A stretch of DNA of 63,107 bases, filler included, from Reticulomyxa filosa (GCA_000512085.1; 20 parts of 20 records of this genome joined end to end with filler, not necessarily neighbours in it); one strand, 5' to 3'. Positions 9,392 through 23,521 are shown, counted from the first letter of the whole stretch. Made by a program: numbers and translations. The notes: a model not told the origin generated them from the sequence alone.

Positions 9392-12300
9392 TTATTTTCC
9401 AAATAATGAGACAATGCCTCCCATCACGTTCGGTAACGAAATTACTGACTCAGTGTCATCACTGTTTTTTAGTTCTTTGATTCTATGCAAAGCAGAAAAG
9501 GAAAAAAAAAAGGTAAGTGTTTGTGGTTGTTTATGTTTGTGTCATCTCTTTCAAAATAATCTAAACTGTTTTTGCAATTGTTTGATATAATCTCTCAATT
9601 TGTTCATTTCAACCATTGTTTGTCGAACATATTCCACTTTGCTCTGTCTCAAAACGTCAGCTTCTTCTTGTGATCGTTTGATAATTAATTCAAACTGCTC
9701 TTTCCTAAGCAATCCAATAAACAATTTTTTTTTTAAATTTTTTTTTTTAAAAAAAGATCAAAGTAAAAAAAAAAAAAAAAATACTCTCTTGAAACATAAC
9801 ATAGTATTCCACTCTTGTTGCGAAGTTTTGAAAGATTGCTTGAGATGGGCAATATCAGTTTGTAGTGACTCCAAATCTTGAATTTGTTTTTTTGACTCTT
9901 TGAGCTCTTCTTTCAGTTTTTTGTTTTTATTTTTTTGCTTTTGTACAGTTTTTTGTGATTTTTCAGTTTTCTTTTGCAACTCGTTGAGTGCTTTGATGTT
10001 CTCTTTTAGTTGTTGTTCCAAGTTTTGATAGTTTTGTTCGTACGTTTGAATTTTCTGTTGAAACTTTTCTTTTTTGTCGGTGAAGCCTTTTTGGAAACTG
10101 CTTAATTTGTTGACCAAGTCTTCGTTGCCGTGTTTCAATAACTTGTTTTCGGCTTCCAATTGCTTCAATTTTTCAGAAAGCTCGTTGTTGGCGGCAATTA
10201 GTTTGGGGTCATTTTGGATGATTACCTTCTTGCTTTCCTCATGGTTCACATTGCCATTGTGATGAAGATGAGAAGCGCCATTCACGCCGGAGTGGTTCAA
10301 ATTGCTATTGTTGTCGATATTGCCATTGCCATGCATATTCATATTCATATTCAACATATTGCCATTGCCACCGAGCTGTGGAACATGCATACCATTGACG
10401 ACGGCCTTTGCAGCAGCGGTAGCAGTAGCGCTGTCACTACCATCAATATTATTACTGTTGTTGCCGTTGGGCGCATGGGGATTGTTTGTACGCAAAACGG
10501 TAAAGGTTTGCTCCATGGCTTGTGCTAATGACATCTTCGTTTGCTCGTATATCTCTTTGTGACTGGATGTCATGCTTTCCAATTGCTGCTTCGAAAACTG
10601 ATCGTTGCCCAGTTTTGCGTTGAGCTCGTCAATTTGTGCGCGGTAAAATCTTTCCAATTCCTGCAGCTTTTGATTGGCGACCATTTCAAACTGCTCCACT
10701 TCGGCCACAAACTCCTTCTCCTGATCCGCCAACATCTCTTTCAATTGGTTGATTTCCTCGCGGAGATCGTCCTCTTCGCGGTTTTGCAGATCTCGGCCAA
10801 AGCCTCCTTCCAACTTTTCCGCCTCCAAGCTCTTCACGCGGCTGGTCAGCTGTTCAATGTGTTGGTTCTTGATCTCCAACGTGTCGTGCAGTTTCTGTTC
10901 CTGATAATGGGTCTGGTTCTTGAACTTTTCAAATTCGTCACGAACTATTCCTAACTCGATCTTGTATTCTTCTGCATTTGGATCTATCAAAATAAAAAAA
11001 TAAAAATTCAATACAAATTATATTGTATACGTATACACACATATAAATGTATAGTAGTATATGAATATACATATATGTATATATATATATATATATATAT
11101 TATTCTAACCGCTAGCTGCATTGTTCATTTCAACCATTTTTTGTTGGAATTCAATTTCCAAATTGTTACAGCGTTCAAAGATCTTGCTCCACCATTGTCG
11201 CGAACGGTTGATCATTTGGTTCATGCCGTTTTTCAAAGTCTTAATTTCTGTTTGTCTCGACTGGCGCAAAGCTTCAATGTGTCTTTGCAAGTCTTCGACC
11301 AATTGAGCTTTGTCGTCATACATGGACTGCAACTCCGCAAGCGTCATTTTGGACTCGCGATGTTGGAAGGACGACTTTTTATCGTCGACATGCAGCAACG
11401 GTCCTGGATTGCCATTCTTCTCCTCTTCGTCGCTGCTGCTTTGCCAGCTCAGCAATTCGTCGTTTTGTGGCGCGACTGCGACCGTGGCAGGGTCGAGTGC
11501 GTTCTTCCAAGTCGGGCTGTTGCGCGAGTGGGCCTCGGCAGTGGGACTGTTCGCCGGCGTTTCCTCCAAGTCGCGTTTGCGGCTGACAGAAGTGGGGAGT
11601 TGCAAGTTGCGAACATCTGCAATGTCTTGTTCCGTGGCTGGTTGGTTGGAACGATATGCCAAGTCCGACTTCACTTCTCGGATTTCTTGTCTCAGTCTAT
11701 TCACTTCGCCTTGCATGTCCATGCCTGTAAAGCTTGATCGTCGACGTTCACTGGCACGTTTGCGTCTTTGAACCTTTTTATTCCCCCACCATCACCATAT
11801 GATTATATATTGTTTGGATACGAATATTGATTGTGTAAAAAAAGTTGAAAGACTAAAAGTTGGATGTAACCCCCAACTTCTTTCTTTAGAGGATCCAAGA
11901 CTTCCTTTTCAGACTCAATTCTCTCTTGCTTTTCCAAGATTGCACGAATGGCGTCCATGCTTTCGCGTCGTTTTTGCTCTTCGACATTTTTACCGGATGA
12001 GTGAGGAGACAAATGGCTCGACTCTCGTTTGCCGTCTTGCTTTTGTTCATTTGCGACAGCAAGAGACAATTTTGGTCCCGTTTTCTGTATATACATATAC
12101 ACATATACATATACGTATGTATATATAATATATAATATTTTGTGTACAGATGATGTTTTGACGTGAATTTATCCCCAAACAAACAAACAAACAAACAAAA
12201 ATAAAAAGAGTGAATAAACTGTTGAGTCATCATTGACAAAGAGATCGACATCGTCTTTGTTGCCTCCGAGTTCAATATATTTCGACAGCAATTTGTGTAG

Positions 12301-14021
12301 CTTCTTCTCCATGACCTCTTGGTCGTGTTGAACTATTTTCAGTCGATTATTCAAAATGTCTATTCCCTGATCTCTTTCCGTCAGCAAGTTTCCAACGGCG
12401 TCTAATTCCGTGGTCAACTCATTCAATAACGTCTTTTTTTTGGATTTGTGTGTTGTGTGTTTTTGAAAATCGCTTTAAGTGGATTTTCTTTTCTTTTTTT
12501 TTTAAAAAATAAACTTTGGATTTAGCAATGTCCACACTGTGTTCAGTTGGCGAGTTGCTTGGCCTTATGACGGCGGTCAAGTCCCCAATGATTTGACGAC
12601 ACTTTCGAAGATGAGGGGTGGCGGACACGGAGCTGATGGCATTTTTATTGCGCGATTTGTCGCCACCTTTGTTGTGGAGGGCGTCTTGTTCCGTCACGAT
12701 GTTCGCCGTCACACCCGAAAGAAGTATCGGCGATTGTGACGTCAGGCTATTCAATGTGTTGGTCATTTCTCGAATTTCCTCGTCTTTGTCACGGATTTGG
12801 ATATGAGCCTCCATCAAAGCCTCTTCCAATTGTGCCAATCGCGTGTCATTCTATTGCGAAACAGTTTCAAGTTTTGACAATCAAAGTTGCAAATCTATAT
12901 TTTTAAAAGAGAGAAAAATAAAAAATAAAATGCACAAACGTTGGAAGAATTGACATTGGTAGTAGCATTAACATTGACATTAGCATTAGCATTGGTATTG
13001 ACATTGACATTGACTTTGGTGTCAGGATTTGCATTTGCATTTGCATTTGCATTTGCATTTGTATTTGAATTTGAATTTGAATTTGGACTAGGGTTGGAAG
13101 TAGGATTAGCAATGATCGTCTTACGCATTTGCAATTCGTCTTGCAATTTTTCAATGATTTCATTTTGCTTATTTTCGATCAAGTCTTTTTCGTGGTTGAA
13201 GGCATTTTGCAATTGGTTTTGCATTTTTTTGAAATGTGCCCGTTCGTACTTCCTTCGCATTTGCAGCTCTTCCAATTGCTTGGAGATTTCGTTGTAATTG
13301 GTTCGCCACGTCTTCTCCGCTTCCACCAGCTGCATCAACTCTCCACTGGTTCTTTGGAGCATTTGGCACACGTTGCGAATCTCGGTCGACTTGCGCGGGT
13401 CGGGTGTTTCCCTCGCGACTTGTTCCAGGAACCTGATATATTTCGTTGCCTCCTCCGAAGATTGCTTCAAGCCTTGTTCTAACTTGGCCTGTAGCGAGGC
13501 TATCTCTTCTTCCAATCTTTATTTATTTTTTTTAAAAAAATATTTTTGCAAAATAAAAGTGTGGTAAAATAAATTAATAAGTAAAATGTATAATATGCAT
13601 ATATATATTTATATGTACTATATATTTATGTACATATAAAAAGTTTAACCTTGCTTGTTCAGAAGATCTTCTCTCTGTAATTGCTCGCTCTTGTGCCAAT
13701 TCGTCTTGCAAATTGGACTTGCGGTCGCGTAGTTTGCGCAACTTTTCGGACATGTCTTGAATGGTTTGGTGGTATTCCTTGCGCACTTCGGCCAGTGTCG
13801 TGGCGAGGATGTTCAATTGCTCCTCAAACTTTTCGATTTGCTTGTCGTTCTCCATCAACAGGGTACCCGCAGTTTTGATCTCACTTAGCGAGCCTTCCAA
13901 CACTTCGTATATTATTGCCAGTGAGTCGTTCGTGTTATTCGTCACGCTGGCCGTCACCGACATCCACTCGTTTTGGTCGTTCGACTTGCCTAGTTCACTG
14001 TGAGCTGTTCGCAATGCGTTC
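9392..14021 (-). CDS. Large multi-exon coiled-coil protein, 5'-partial, function unknown
   Basis: Successive E/K/Q/L-rich heptad exons (ORFs 13574-14041, 12895-13515, 12419-12838, 12169-12426, 11105-11722, 9758-11011) separated by AT-microsatellite introns. Last exon ends ...GIVSLFGK* at 9392. Confidence 0.7.
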
Positions 14022-14049
14022 TGTTTTAAATAAATAAACAAGTAAATAA

Positions 14050-14086
<37 letters not shown>

Positions 14087-14810
14087 NNNNNNNNNNNNNN
14101 NNNNNNNNNNNNNNNNNNNNNNNNNNNNNNTTAATTAATTAANNNNNNNNNNNNNNNNNNNNNNNNNNNNNNNNNNNNNNNNNNNNATTTTGATTAAATG
14201 TTGTTTTTTCATGGAGGAACACAATAATCTATATAATGTTGCATTTTTTGTGTCAACTTTCTTTTTTATACTACTGTATATTAATGTAGTTATCATAAAA
14301 AAAAAAAGATTTATGACGGTGCTTTAATCTATACAATATACCATATCCATATGACCTGATTAACAACTAGTTGTAATTTAAGTTTTAAAACAGACCACCC
14401 ATCCACCCACTGACCATTACATGATATCGCCATATTATGTAAAACTTGATTGTTCAACTTAAACTCTGGTTATATTATTGACCATCATTTTCAATATATA
14501 ACCGTGATACGATCGTCTTTCTATACTGAATGTCTTCGTATATAACAAACTATCTAGGAAATTTGCAATATAGGACGGCTTCCATACTAGAGACTATGTA
14601 CGACTACTAGTTGATAAATATATTATGTCTTATGTTATATATATACTACCAAATTTTGTTCATGTATTAAATCAATATTTTAAGATATGCACATACTATT
14701 CTGAATGTGATCTTAAAGTTAAATTATAATGCAAAAAAATTTGAAACATAAAACAGCAAATCATATAAATGATCGATTTTCTTAAATATTTACTAATTAC
14801 TTGAAAAATT

Positions 14811-14900
14811 TGAAAATTTTGGAAAAAAGTTGACAATAGTGACTGCATTGTAACAATGAAATTTACCAACTTTTTTTAAAGCATTTTCAAAGAATGTTCC
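14811..14900 (-). repeat. Dispersed repeat module, inverted copy of 22211-22300
   Basis: GAAAATTTTGGAAAAAAGTTGACAATAGTGACT...CAACTTTTTTTAAAGCATTTTCA matches the reverse complement of 22211-22300. Confidence 0.75.
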
Positions 14901-15499
14901 ACCATAAATGTTTTGCACTAATTTTAAAAAAAAACAAGATCAGCAATTGCAACAAATAACAAAAAAATTTGTTGAAAAAATGCATTATAAATAAAATCAT
15001 TGATAAAATTAAAAAAAACAAAAACCAGAACAAAAAAACTTTTATTAGAATCGAGCAACCGTCAACTTGAGAAAAATATTTGTAAAATTGTTGCTATTTC
15101 TTTTTTTTTATTTTGTTTTTGAAAATGTAGAAAAATAACGTAATGATAATTTCCTTGACACCAATGTGCAAATTCACAACAGAAAAAAATTTCTCTTTCT
15201 GTGTGTTCCATACAAAATTTCGATGACACGTAAAATACAAACAGAGAGCGGAGAGAAAGAGAGATATGGCAAGGCAGAGAGAAAATCTAAAACAAAAAAA
15301 AAGGAATAACAACATAATAAACAAATTACATTGGCTAATGCGAGATTACAAGCCAGCTTTTCTTTTCTTTTTGTTTGTTTTGATAATTTTTTTCTCCGTC
15401 CTTATTGGATTTCAATGTTGTCATTGATTATTTTTTTTTTTTTTTTTGTGGACAATGACAAGAAGCGATTTAAACTTTTTAAAAAAAAAAAGTGAAGGT

Positions 15500-16805
15500 T
15501 TAAGAGACGACGGTTTTTGAAAGAGCAGGTGTTTTTGTAAGAGTAGGCGTTTTTGCATTTTGTGTGTCAGTGGGTTTGGGCAGTTCCCTAGGTACTTTCT
15601 CTTGATCAATCAACATGGAAGAAGCACACAACTTGTCAAAATTTTCTTTGGACAAAAAGGGTTCAATTAAAGCATCAATTTTGGCCTGGTCGACAACTGT
15701 GTACCAGGGCCAGTCCAAGGTAATGTCAGAAGGTTTGGAGTACATGATGGAGTCAATATTGTATTCCCACTCATAATCCGCAAATATTTCCTCTCCAGGT
15801 TGGATATCTCTTAATGCAACATAAGCACAGCCAGGAATCCATTCCGATTCAGCCTTTATAAACTCCCATCCAAATTCATTGCATACAAACTGGTCCAAGT
15901 TAATTCGGCTCGTTTCTGTGTCAATTAAAAAATAAATAAATAAAGAAATAAAAGCAAGTCAAATGTATCAAAGATATATCACATATACATATATATATAT
16001 ATATATATATATTTGTTTGTTTGTTTTATGTAACGAAGTCCATGGATATAAGGTTTCATATGTTGGTCATCGACATTGGAGACAAGCTCGGGCCCCCAGT
16101 CGAAGAACACAGGGATGACATTGGGAGAAAGGGAGATGGTGGGATGGTTAATGAAATGACCCAAAGCGAATATGTTATTTTTCAAGGCGTTGAGGACGAC
16201 TTGAGAGCGTGGGTTTCCGTCCACCCAAATTTCGCGCTCCATTGTTACCAAATAATCACGTGCTCCTCGACTCCATCGCAAATTTAATCCGTATTGGTCG
16301 ATGTAACCTTGCGGGACTTTGAAATAACTCAAACCGGGTTGAAATGCTATCACTTGACCACGAGACACTGTCCCTTCACCCAAATATAAACCTTGTCCTG
16401 CCTCTTTTATTTGCGACCTTTTCACCTACAATTTTTTTTTTTTTTTTTTTTTTTTGTCCCCTTTTTTTATAAAAAAAAAAAAAATAGAACTTCGAGTTTG
16501 AAATTTGGAAATGGAGTATCCCAATCCCATAAGCGAGCTGGGGGTTTCATATTATATTCAATACAACTTTGCAAGTGTGCCAGTGCTTGGATTTGCCGTT
16601 GTAACTGGTGTTGTACTTCGTTACGCCATTCATAGAATGGCTTTGAAAATCTTGGAACATACACGTCGTAATCGGTCTTACTGTAAAAATGAAGCAATTT
16701 CATCAGCGGAAACGGACGACGAAAGTTGAATACATGTGATAATCGATAAAAAACTGGTTCTTTTTTGCCAAAAATCCAATCCTGAATCCTTGTAAGAGTT
16801 TGCAT
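15500..16805 (-). CDS. SET-domain lysine methyltransferase (SETD9-like), 3 exons
   Basis: SET motifs SQIKEAGQGLY, LGHFINHP...PNV and YVALRDIQPGEEIFADY. Intron at 16490-16426. Confidence 0.85.
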
Positions 16806-17660
16806 CTTTTTTTTTGATGTGAACAATTTGTATGAACCTTTTTCCCTCCTGTTCAAGTCGCGTTCCTTTTTTTTGATGTTAAGTGAAGGGATTACATTGG
16901 AAGGTGTTTGAAAAAGTATTTTATAATTGTTGTCGAATTACGACACAAACACTAAATTAAAAAACTTTATCATTATATGACACCTGCTTGTGGCCATGCA
17001 AATAATCATTTTGTATTTTTATCAGTAACTAATTTAACCAATTTACTTTAGTATTTCCGTTTTGTTGTTAACTATAAGTCTGTTATTTTATTTTTTAGAA
17101 ACAAAATTGTATTAAAACTATTTGCACTGTACCAACAGAAGGTAGAGCTATGATTGCAATTGTTGTGCTGAAAAAACTTGAGGACATTCTTATTGGGACA
17201 CCAAAAATATAATTAAATAAGCAAAATTTTTATTGACAATAAGATTGATAACCGAAACGAAAACAAAGCGTTCTGGATACGCCTAAACACATTTTTGTCC
17301 CAAAGAGACTGCGTTACTATTTGCAAGATAATATTTGTTTCTTACTCTGTTTTAGTAGTTTTAACGAGTATTGTTTGAAGTTGAAAGTGTCGAGTCGTTA
17401 TGAAGATAATGAAGGCAAAAAAAGCAACACAAGTTAACGAAGTAGAACGCTGTCCAAATGCTTGACGTGCCTCCGCTACATTAATCTAAAAAAAGAAAAC
17501 ACCATTACGAAAAAGCATGGAACAAGGAGAAACAACGAAGATGAAAAGAAAAATGGAACATTAGAGTGCAAAAAGATTTGCTAAAATATTGAATGAGCAG
17601 ACAAATGAAGAATTGTAAAATAGAGGGATAGAGGAGCTCCAAAAAAAAAAAGAGATGTGT

Positions 17661-17960
17661 TTATCTAGTTTTCAGTTCCTTTGGTTCAGGGAATTTGATA
17701 AGACTTCGTTTGGATTTTTTTTCCATTTTGTTTGCAAGAAAATTTTTAGCAAAAGACTTGTATTTGATGGTACAACGGAACCGAGTGAAGCTGTCGCTCA
17801 TCAGAGCCCACAACTCTTTGCGAACATCAACACAGAGTCCCCAGTACATATTTTTCTTTTTCACCAAGGCATTGACTTCACTGGCCTCCGTACCACTCTC
17901 AGGCGTCAGAGGGGGGTGGATATTCAGACATCGTGCACGTAGCATCCCAGGAATGTTCAC
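17661..17960 (-). CDS. Last exon of an RGS-domain protein
   Basis: After an AG acceptor it reads VNIP...VRKELWALMSDSFTRF, matching the RGS C-terminal motifs VNI and LMxxDSxxRF. Confidence 0.7.
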   Translation of the reverse strand: MNIPGMLRARCLNIHPPLTPESGTEASEVNALVKKKNMYWGLCVDVRKELWALMSDSFTRFRCTIKYKSFAKNFLANKMEKKSKRSLIKFPEPKELKTR

Positions 17961-18141
17961 CTATCGGATAAAAGTGAGGAGAACAAAGAAGAAGAAATAA
18001 GGACGAGGGCAAGAAAAAAAAAAAAAAAGGTGACTCCAAAANNNNNNNNNNNNNNNNNNNNNNNNNNNNNNNNNNNNNNNNNNNNTTAATTAATTAANNN
18101 NNNNNNNNNNNNNNNNNNNNNNNNNNNNNNNNNNNNNNNNN

Positions 18142-18541
18142 AGACTCGAAAGACTGCAAGTTTCATAGCACGTTTGTGGTCAGCACAGAGCTGCCGACAT
18201 CTGCGATAGTCCATAACGAAATGCTAACGATATTTGCTCAGGTGAATGTTTTAACAGAACGCTACGTAAAGCAGGGATCACTGTATGAGGTCAATTTGTC
18301 GTACGATATTCGATCCTCTTGCATCGAGAGATGCAAATGGGAAAATGTTATGCATAAAACTCCCCAAGATTTGGCTTCTGTTTTTGATCCTGTGGTTTCT
18401 TCGTTGTATGAACTTATGGAGTCGGACTCTTTCCAAAGATTCGTCTATAGCGAATCTTTTCGTCAATACGTTATCAAATATATTTCTTCTGTTGATGTTC
18501 CAAAAGAGCCACAACAATCACAACCAGCACCAGAGCCATAA
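18142..18541 (+). CDS. RGS-domain protein C-terminus, 5'-partial
   Basis: RYVKQGSLYEVNLSYDIR...VFDPV...LMESDSFQRF. Confidence 0.85.
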
Positions 18542-19305
18542 TTACAACGGGATAATAGTAACAATAAAAGAGAAGTCAGAAGACTAAAGGTGGAAGGAGA
18601 GGAGAAAGAAGAAAAACAAAGAGAGATGAATCGACGCTAGTACGGTATTAACTTCTCGATATTGTGGAGCATCACTTGGTTTTCAACAACGCCTTTTTTT
18701 CTTTTGCAACTTCGCTTTGTAAATTTCCTCATTCAAACAAAATTGATTCAAGATAATCTTTTTTGTTCTTCTTTTTTTTTTTATTTTATTTCTTTTTTTT
18801 TTATTTTATTCCTTTTTTTTTTATTGTTGTTTGTTATGTTTGTTTTGTTCATTTTGTTTTTTTTTTTGTTTTGACAAATTAAACAATATTCTACAACGAA
18901 TCCCTTTGCGTTTTCAATGGGTGTGTTTTCCTTTTAGTTGGACAGGCAATTTGCAAAAGTTGTTTTGAGTATTCACAATGTTCATTTCCCTTGTTTGGCT
19001 TTCACTTATCGATTATTACTTGTTTTACATCCACGGACATATTACAATGCTTGGTTTTTCAAATAATTTTAACAGGTCTATTTAAAATGGACTATTTATT
19101 TGATTTTTCTTGAAAAGAATAAAATAAAAGATGAAAACAAATAAATTGATCAAGTGAAACAAAGAGCGTTGTATCTGACATTTTATTTGAAAATAAGCAA
19201 ACGCAATACACAAAAGTGAATATCAAAAAACATCTTTGGAACTTTGGGGCAAATGACAAAAAAAAGAAGAAATACTGTAAATAATAAAATTCAAATACTA
19301 TTAAT

Positions 19306-20393
19306 ATGAGTGAAAATGAAAGCAATCGAACAGTAACAGCCAAAATTTCAGAAGAAAAGAAAATAGAGGAAACCAAGGAAGAGACCAAGGAAGAGAAGAC
19401 AGAAGTGGATTTGGAAAAGCTACCAAAATCAATATTGTTGTTAGGTGGGTCGTTTTCTCCAGTACACAAAGGACATGTGGAGCTGCTGTTGTCACTACGA
19501 GACTACTTCCAATCCAACAAGCAGTTTCACGTGATAGCAGCGTACCTGGTGCTAACAACAGACAAATACATTTGGGGAAAGTTAAACGAACATGGGATTA
19601 CATTTGATCATCGCCAAAAGATGTGTGAGATCGCAATAAAAGAATATGGGAAAAAAGCAGAAAATTTTGTATTTGCATCACATATTCCATGCCTAAATGC
19701 GTCTCATTACGGATATGTTATTGCAAGTGCCGAAAATGCTCACAAATTTTTTATTGAAACTAAGTTGTTGCAAGATGAATCACAATTGTCACAGCTTTAT
19801 CACTTAAATTGTTGTGGTGGTGATAAGTTGTTGTTGGATGACAAAACAGGACTTTGGAGATATGTTGGTATTGAAAACACGTATACGTACTCATAGAGTT
19901 TTTTAAAAACGAACATGCGCAAAAAGAGGAATATTGCCAAAAATAGATTTATCATTCTTTTTTTTTTTTTTTTTGCAAAAATGTCAAAACAGGAGGTGGC
20001 AGTGAATATAGCAAACTTGTTAGCATTGGTCGGAGTGGGTACACAGAAACAGTTCGCGAGTTGTACAATAAAGACAAAGCAAACAAATTAGTGAATGAAG
20101 ATAAGTTTTTATTCGTGGACATGGAATTGGATGAAGTTAGTTCCACACAAATTCGAACTGAACTTTTCAAGTTCCATCAGGCTCCTGTTGAGAGTCGCAC
20201 CTCGGAACTAAAGCAACAAATTATTACCACTTTGCAAAACAAAATTTCTGCTGCTGAACTAGAATATGCTTTCGAAAATGTTGATCGTTTATGGCTGCAA
20301 GAAAGCGATTTTATCAAATCTAAACCAGAACCGCAAGCAACAACTGTTGAAAAACCTACTAAAAAAAAATGGTTCGCCAAATGGCGCTCGTAA
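19306..20393 (+). CDS. Cytidylyltransferase-family nucleotidyltransferase (NMNAT/NadD-like), 2 exons
   Basis: GGSFSPVHKGH (HxGH motif), CCGGDKL and EVSSTQIR (SST motif). Intron at 19868-19992. Confidence 0.85.
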
Positions 20394-21326
20394 TCAAGCA
20401 GCTTTCTTTCAAATTTATCTAGTTCCGAGTATAAAATACTACTGCCTCAAAAGAAGTGTGTCAAACATAAAAACTTTCTATTGCAAAACCAACTCAATAA
20501 TACTTTTTTCAATGAATAAGTTTAAGAATTGAAAAAATGAAAGTGTATACATATTAAACTATTAAACAATTCCAAATACACCAAAGCAAAAAATAAATTT
20601 CAAAACCAATCTAAAATTGCATAAATCAATAAATTAAATCTAAAAAGAAATAATTCAGCAATAATTAAAAAACGTCAAATAAGTATTAGTTTACCTACCA
20701 CGAAAGGGTAGTTCGATAATGTTCTTTTTTTTTTTCTTTTTTTTTTTAAAAAAATGTGTGCTACTGGTAGAAAAGAAATTGCTCTTAAGGTGGTTGTATG
20801 CAGACGAAAAGTGTCTTGTGTAGAGGAATGATCTCCCCTTTCGCGTTGGCAGCATTATTTTTTGTGTCTTGTTCGTCGTTAGCTCTGTACGGCAATAACA
20901 AAAAAAAGATTACAGTGCAAAAGATCTTTTTTGTGATCTCGTGCACTCGATTTTGTTATAGAAAATGTTCGATAATGCGTGGTTTTTTTTATGTTCAATA
21001 CTTGAGGTCTTTTGGTATTTTGTTGTCTTATATAATCTTTTTGGAGATAGCTCTAGTGACTTTTGTTTTTTCCATTTTGTTTGGTTCTCTTGTGTGAAGA
21101 TAAAAGTTTTGATTTGTTACGATTTAATTTGTGCATTTTTTTTGTTGAGATAAAGTCGCTCTACAATGTCCATAACAACGTCTACGTTGACCAATATTAA
21201 ATGCAGTGCAAGCTTTATAGTCATACAATGTATAACACGTGTCTGCCGCACAGTCCCAAACTTTTTAAAAAACGAAAGCTCTGTTGTTTGCAGCAAATAA
21301 AAGCCTTGTCAGAGCCAGGTATCAAG

Positions 21327-21992
21327 ATGAATACTGAAAACTCGCTTACAAATTCAGGAACGCCAATTGTTGTAATTCCGGAAGGCAGTACTTCAGCCCG
21401 AACAACGTTGGAGTTGGACAACTCGTTGAGTGGTTATTACAGAGAAGCAGGATATTCGCCTTTACCAGTGCTGGATGACGAGAAAGAAGAAGGAAGCGGA
21501 GCAAATCAAAAAGATATTAGCAGAGTGACAAGCAGCCATCGAAGTTATTCAGAAATCATGACAGAGAGCCAAGTCAGCTCCGTTGAGGACACCATTGAAA
21601 TGCCGGAAGTAGTGGCATCTTTGATTAAAAAAGAAAACGCGAAAAAAAATATGGCCGATACGTTTGAGGTTATTTCGACATTGGCCAATAGCAAATCAAC
21701 AACAGTGTTTGAAGTCAAGCATGCAGCCACCAAAGAAAAATGTGCATTGAAACGATTGCAGGTTGATTACATCAGTATACGTCATAATTAGTGAGGGAGA
21801 GTTTTTTTTTTAATATTGCAATTAATTTTGGATTGGTTTATACAAGCATAGAAGAAAGAAGGGAGAAAACAAAAAAACAACCAAAAAAAAAATCTTCAAA
21901 CGAAAACAAATAGCGCAGCCAAAAGTATTCAGAACTGTTGTTCGTTGGAGAGTGCAAATTTTTGAGATTGTTACAAGGAAAGGGAGCTGTTA
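21327..21992 (+). CDS. Protein kinase-like gene, N-terminal part (3'-partial)
   Basis: FEVISTLANSKSTTVFEVKHAATKEKCALKRLQ|RSQKYSELLFVGECKFLRLL fits kinase subdomains I-III (ALK lysine, alphaC Glu) but lacks GxGxxG. Confidence 0.6.
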
Positions 21993-22210
21993 GGTATGTA
22001 GCTTGACCAANNNNNNNNNNNNNNNNNNNNNNNNNNNNNNNNNNNNNNNNNNNNTTAATTAATTAANNNNNNNNNNNNNNNNNNNNNNNNNNNNNNNNNN
22101 NNNNNNNNNNAAACTTTGAAAATAACATTAAATTCTACAAAAATTGAGTTTTCTCAAAAACTACTCAACGTAGAAGACTAATCTTTTTTTTACAAATATC
22201 TACACATTTA

Positions 22211-22300
22211 GAACTTTCTGAAAATGCTTTTAAAAAAGTTGACAAGTTTCATGGTTACGATATAGTCACGATTGTCAACTTTTTCTCGAAAATTTTCAAA
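22211..22300 (+). repeat. Dispersed repeat module with a 13-bp perfect internal inverted repeat
   Basis: AAAAAGTTGACAA (22233-22245) pairs with TTGTCAACTTTTT (22272-22284). Homologous to 14811-14900 in the opposite orientation. Confidence 0.75.
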
Positions 22301-23278
22301 AATCAATAAAATATTCAAATTTTTAAAACAATAATGAAAGATAAAAAACCAAAATGATATTTAAAAAGCACACTATTTGTAGATATTTTTTTAAAAAATT
22401 AAGTTTGAATGTTGTTTTTTCATGCAGAAAATCAATCATTTTTATAAGGTGCCGTTTTAGGTGTCAACTTTACTTTGCATTCTACTGTACTTTCAAGGCG
22501 ATCAAACATATTGATGACACTGAAAATATCGTCATTGGAAAGAAAACATGGATAGATGTTTGTTCAGTTTATTTCAACATTCATAATAATGATAATAATA
22601 AAATTATATATAAACTTTTTTTTAAAGGAAGTGGTGGACATGATATTAAGTCAATCACAAATATGATAACTTGTCATGGTTATGAAGAAATGAATGGATC
22701 ACTCCGTTGCTAATTAGTTTACATAAGTCTAATTGGCCAATCCTGATGCTTGGAATGTGTGTATTTTAAAAAAAAAATTATATGATTCTTACTTTGTGAT
22801 AACAGTCAAATAAGTACAAAAAAAAGTGGATGAATCAAAGTTCGATCATTGAAAATGAAAATGAAGATCAAGAAATGCAAATGAAGCAATAAATAACTAT
22901 CTACCATTACCACAAATCTAAATGTGGATAATAATTGACTCCAATGGCCCAGAAAAAAAGAAATAATGGAAAGGTGAATATACTATTACATTGATATTGA
23001 TGAACGTGATTCTACAACATCATACATAATTTGATTTCTTGGTAAATGATTTATGTATTATTACATAACAGATGTTGATAGATGTAAATAATAAAAATGA
23101 ATTTAATGACTCTCCTTCTGTAATTGCAACTGTGCCAATGCTTTGAATGATCATTCAAATATTGATGTGATTGTATTATAACACATTTTCATCCATCAAA
23201 GGCCATTCATATTTCAAAGTTTATTTATATATTTAATATTATTTTTTAATTTTATTTCTTATTTCTTCAACACACTAT

Positions 23279-23508
23279 TGTGGACGTCTGCTGATAGTAT
23301 TGATGCACTAACTGTAATACGAGATGTTTACTTAGAATAGAATCGAAGTTTCGTAAAACGAAAGTAATTTAAATAATAAAACAAGATAACAAAAGAAAAG
23401 TAAAGAAAAGTAAGAAAGTAAGAAGTATGTTGTTGATGAAGTTTAACCTCCTGGGGATTCCTCCGTTCCATTGACGTTCAGATACTTATAATATGGACTT
23501 GCCCTACA
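23279..23508 (-). repeat. 3' LTR
   Basis: About 230 bp with TG...CA ends. Preceded on the minus strand by the polypurine tract AAAGAGGGTGGAA. Confidence 0.9.
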
Positions 23509-23521
23509 TTCCACCCTCTTT
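23509..23521 (-). promoter_or_regulatory. Polypurine tract of the LTR element
   Basis: Plus strand TTCCACCCTCTTT abuts the 3' LTR. Confidence 0.75.

Noticed and set aside
10074-13567. Numerous plus-strand ORFs overlapping the coiled-coil gene
   Set aside because: Antisense shadows of GC-richer exons with no independent motifs.
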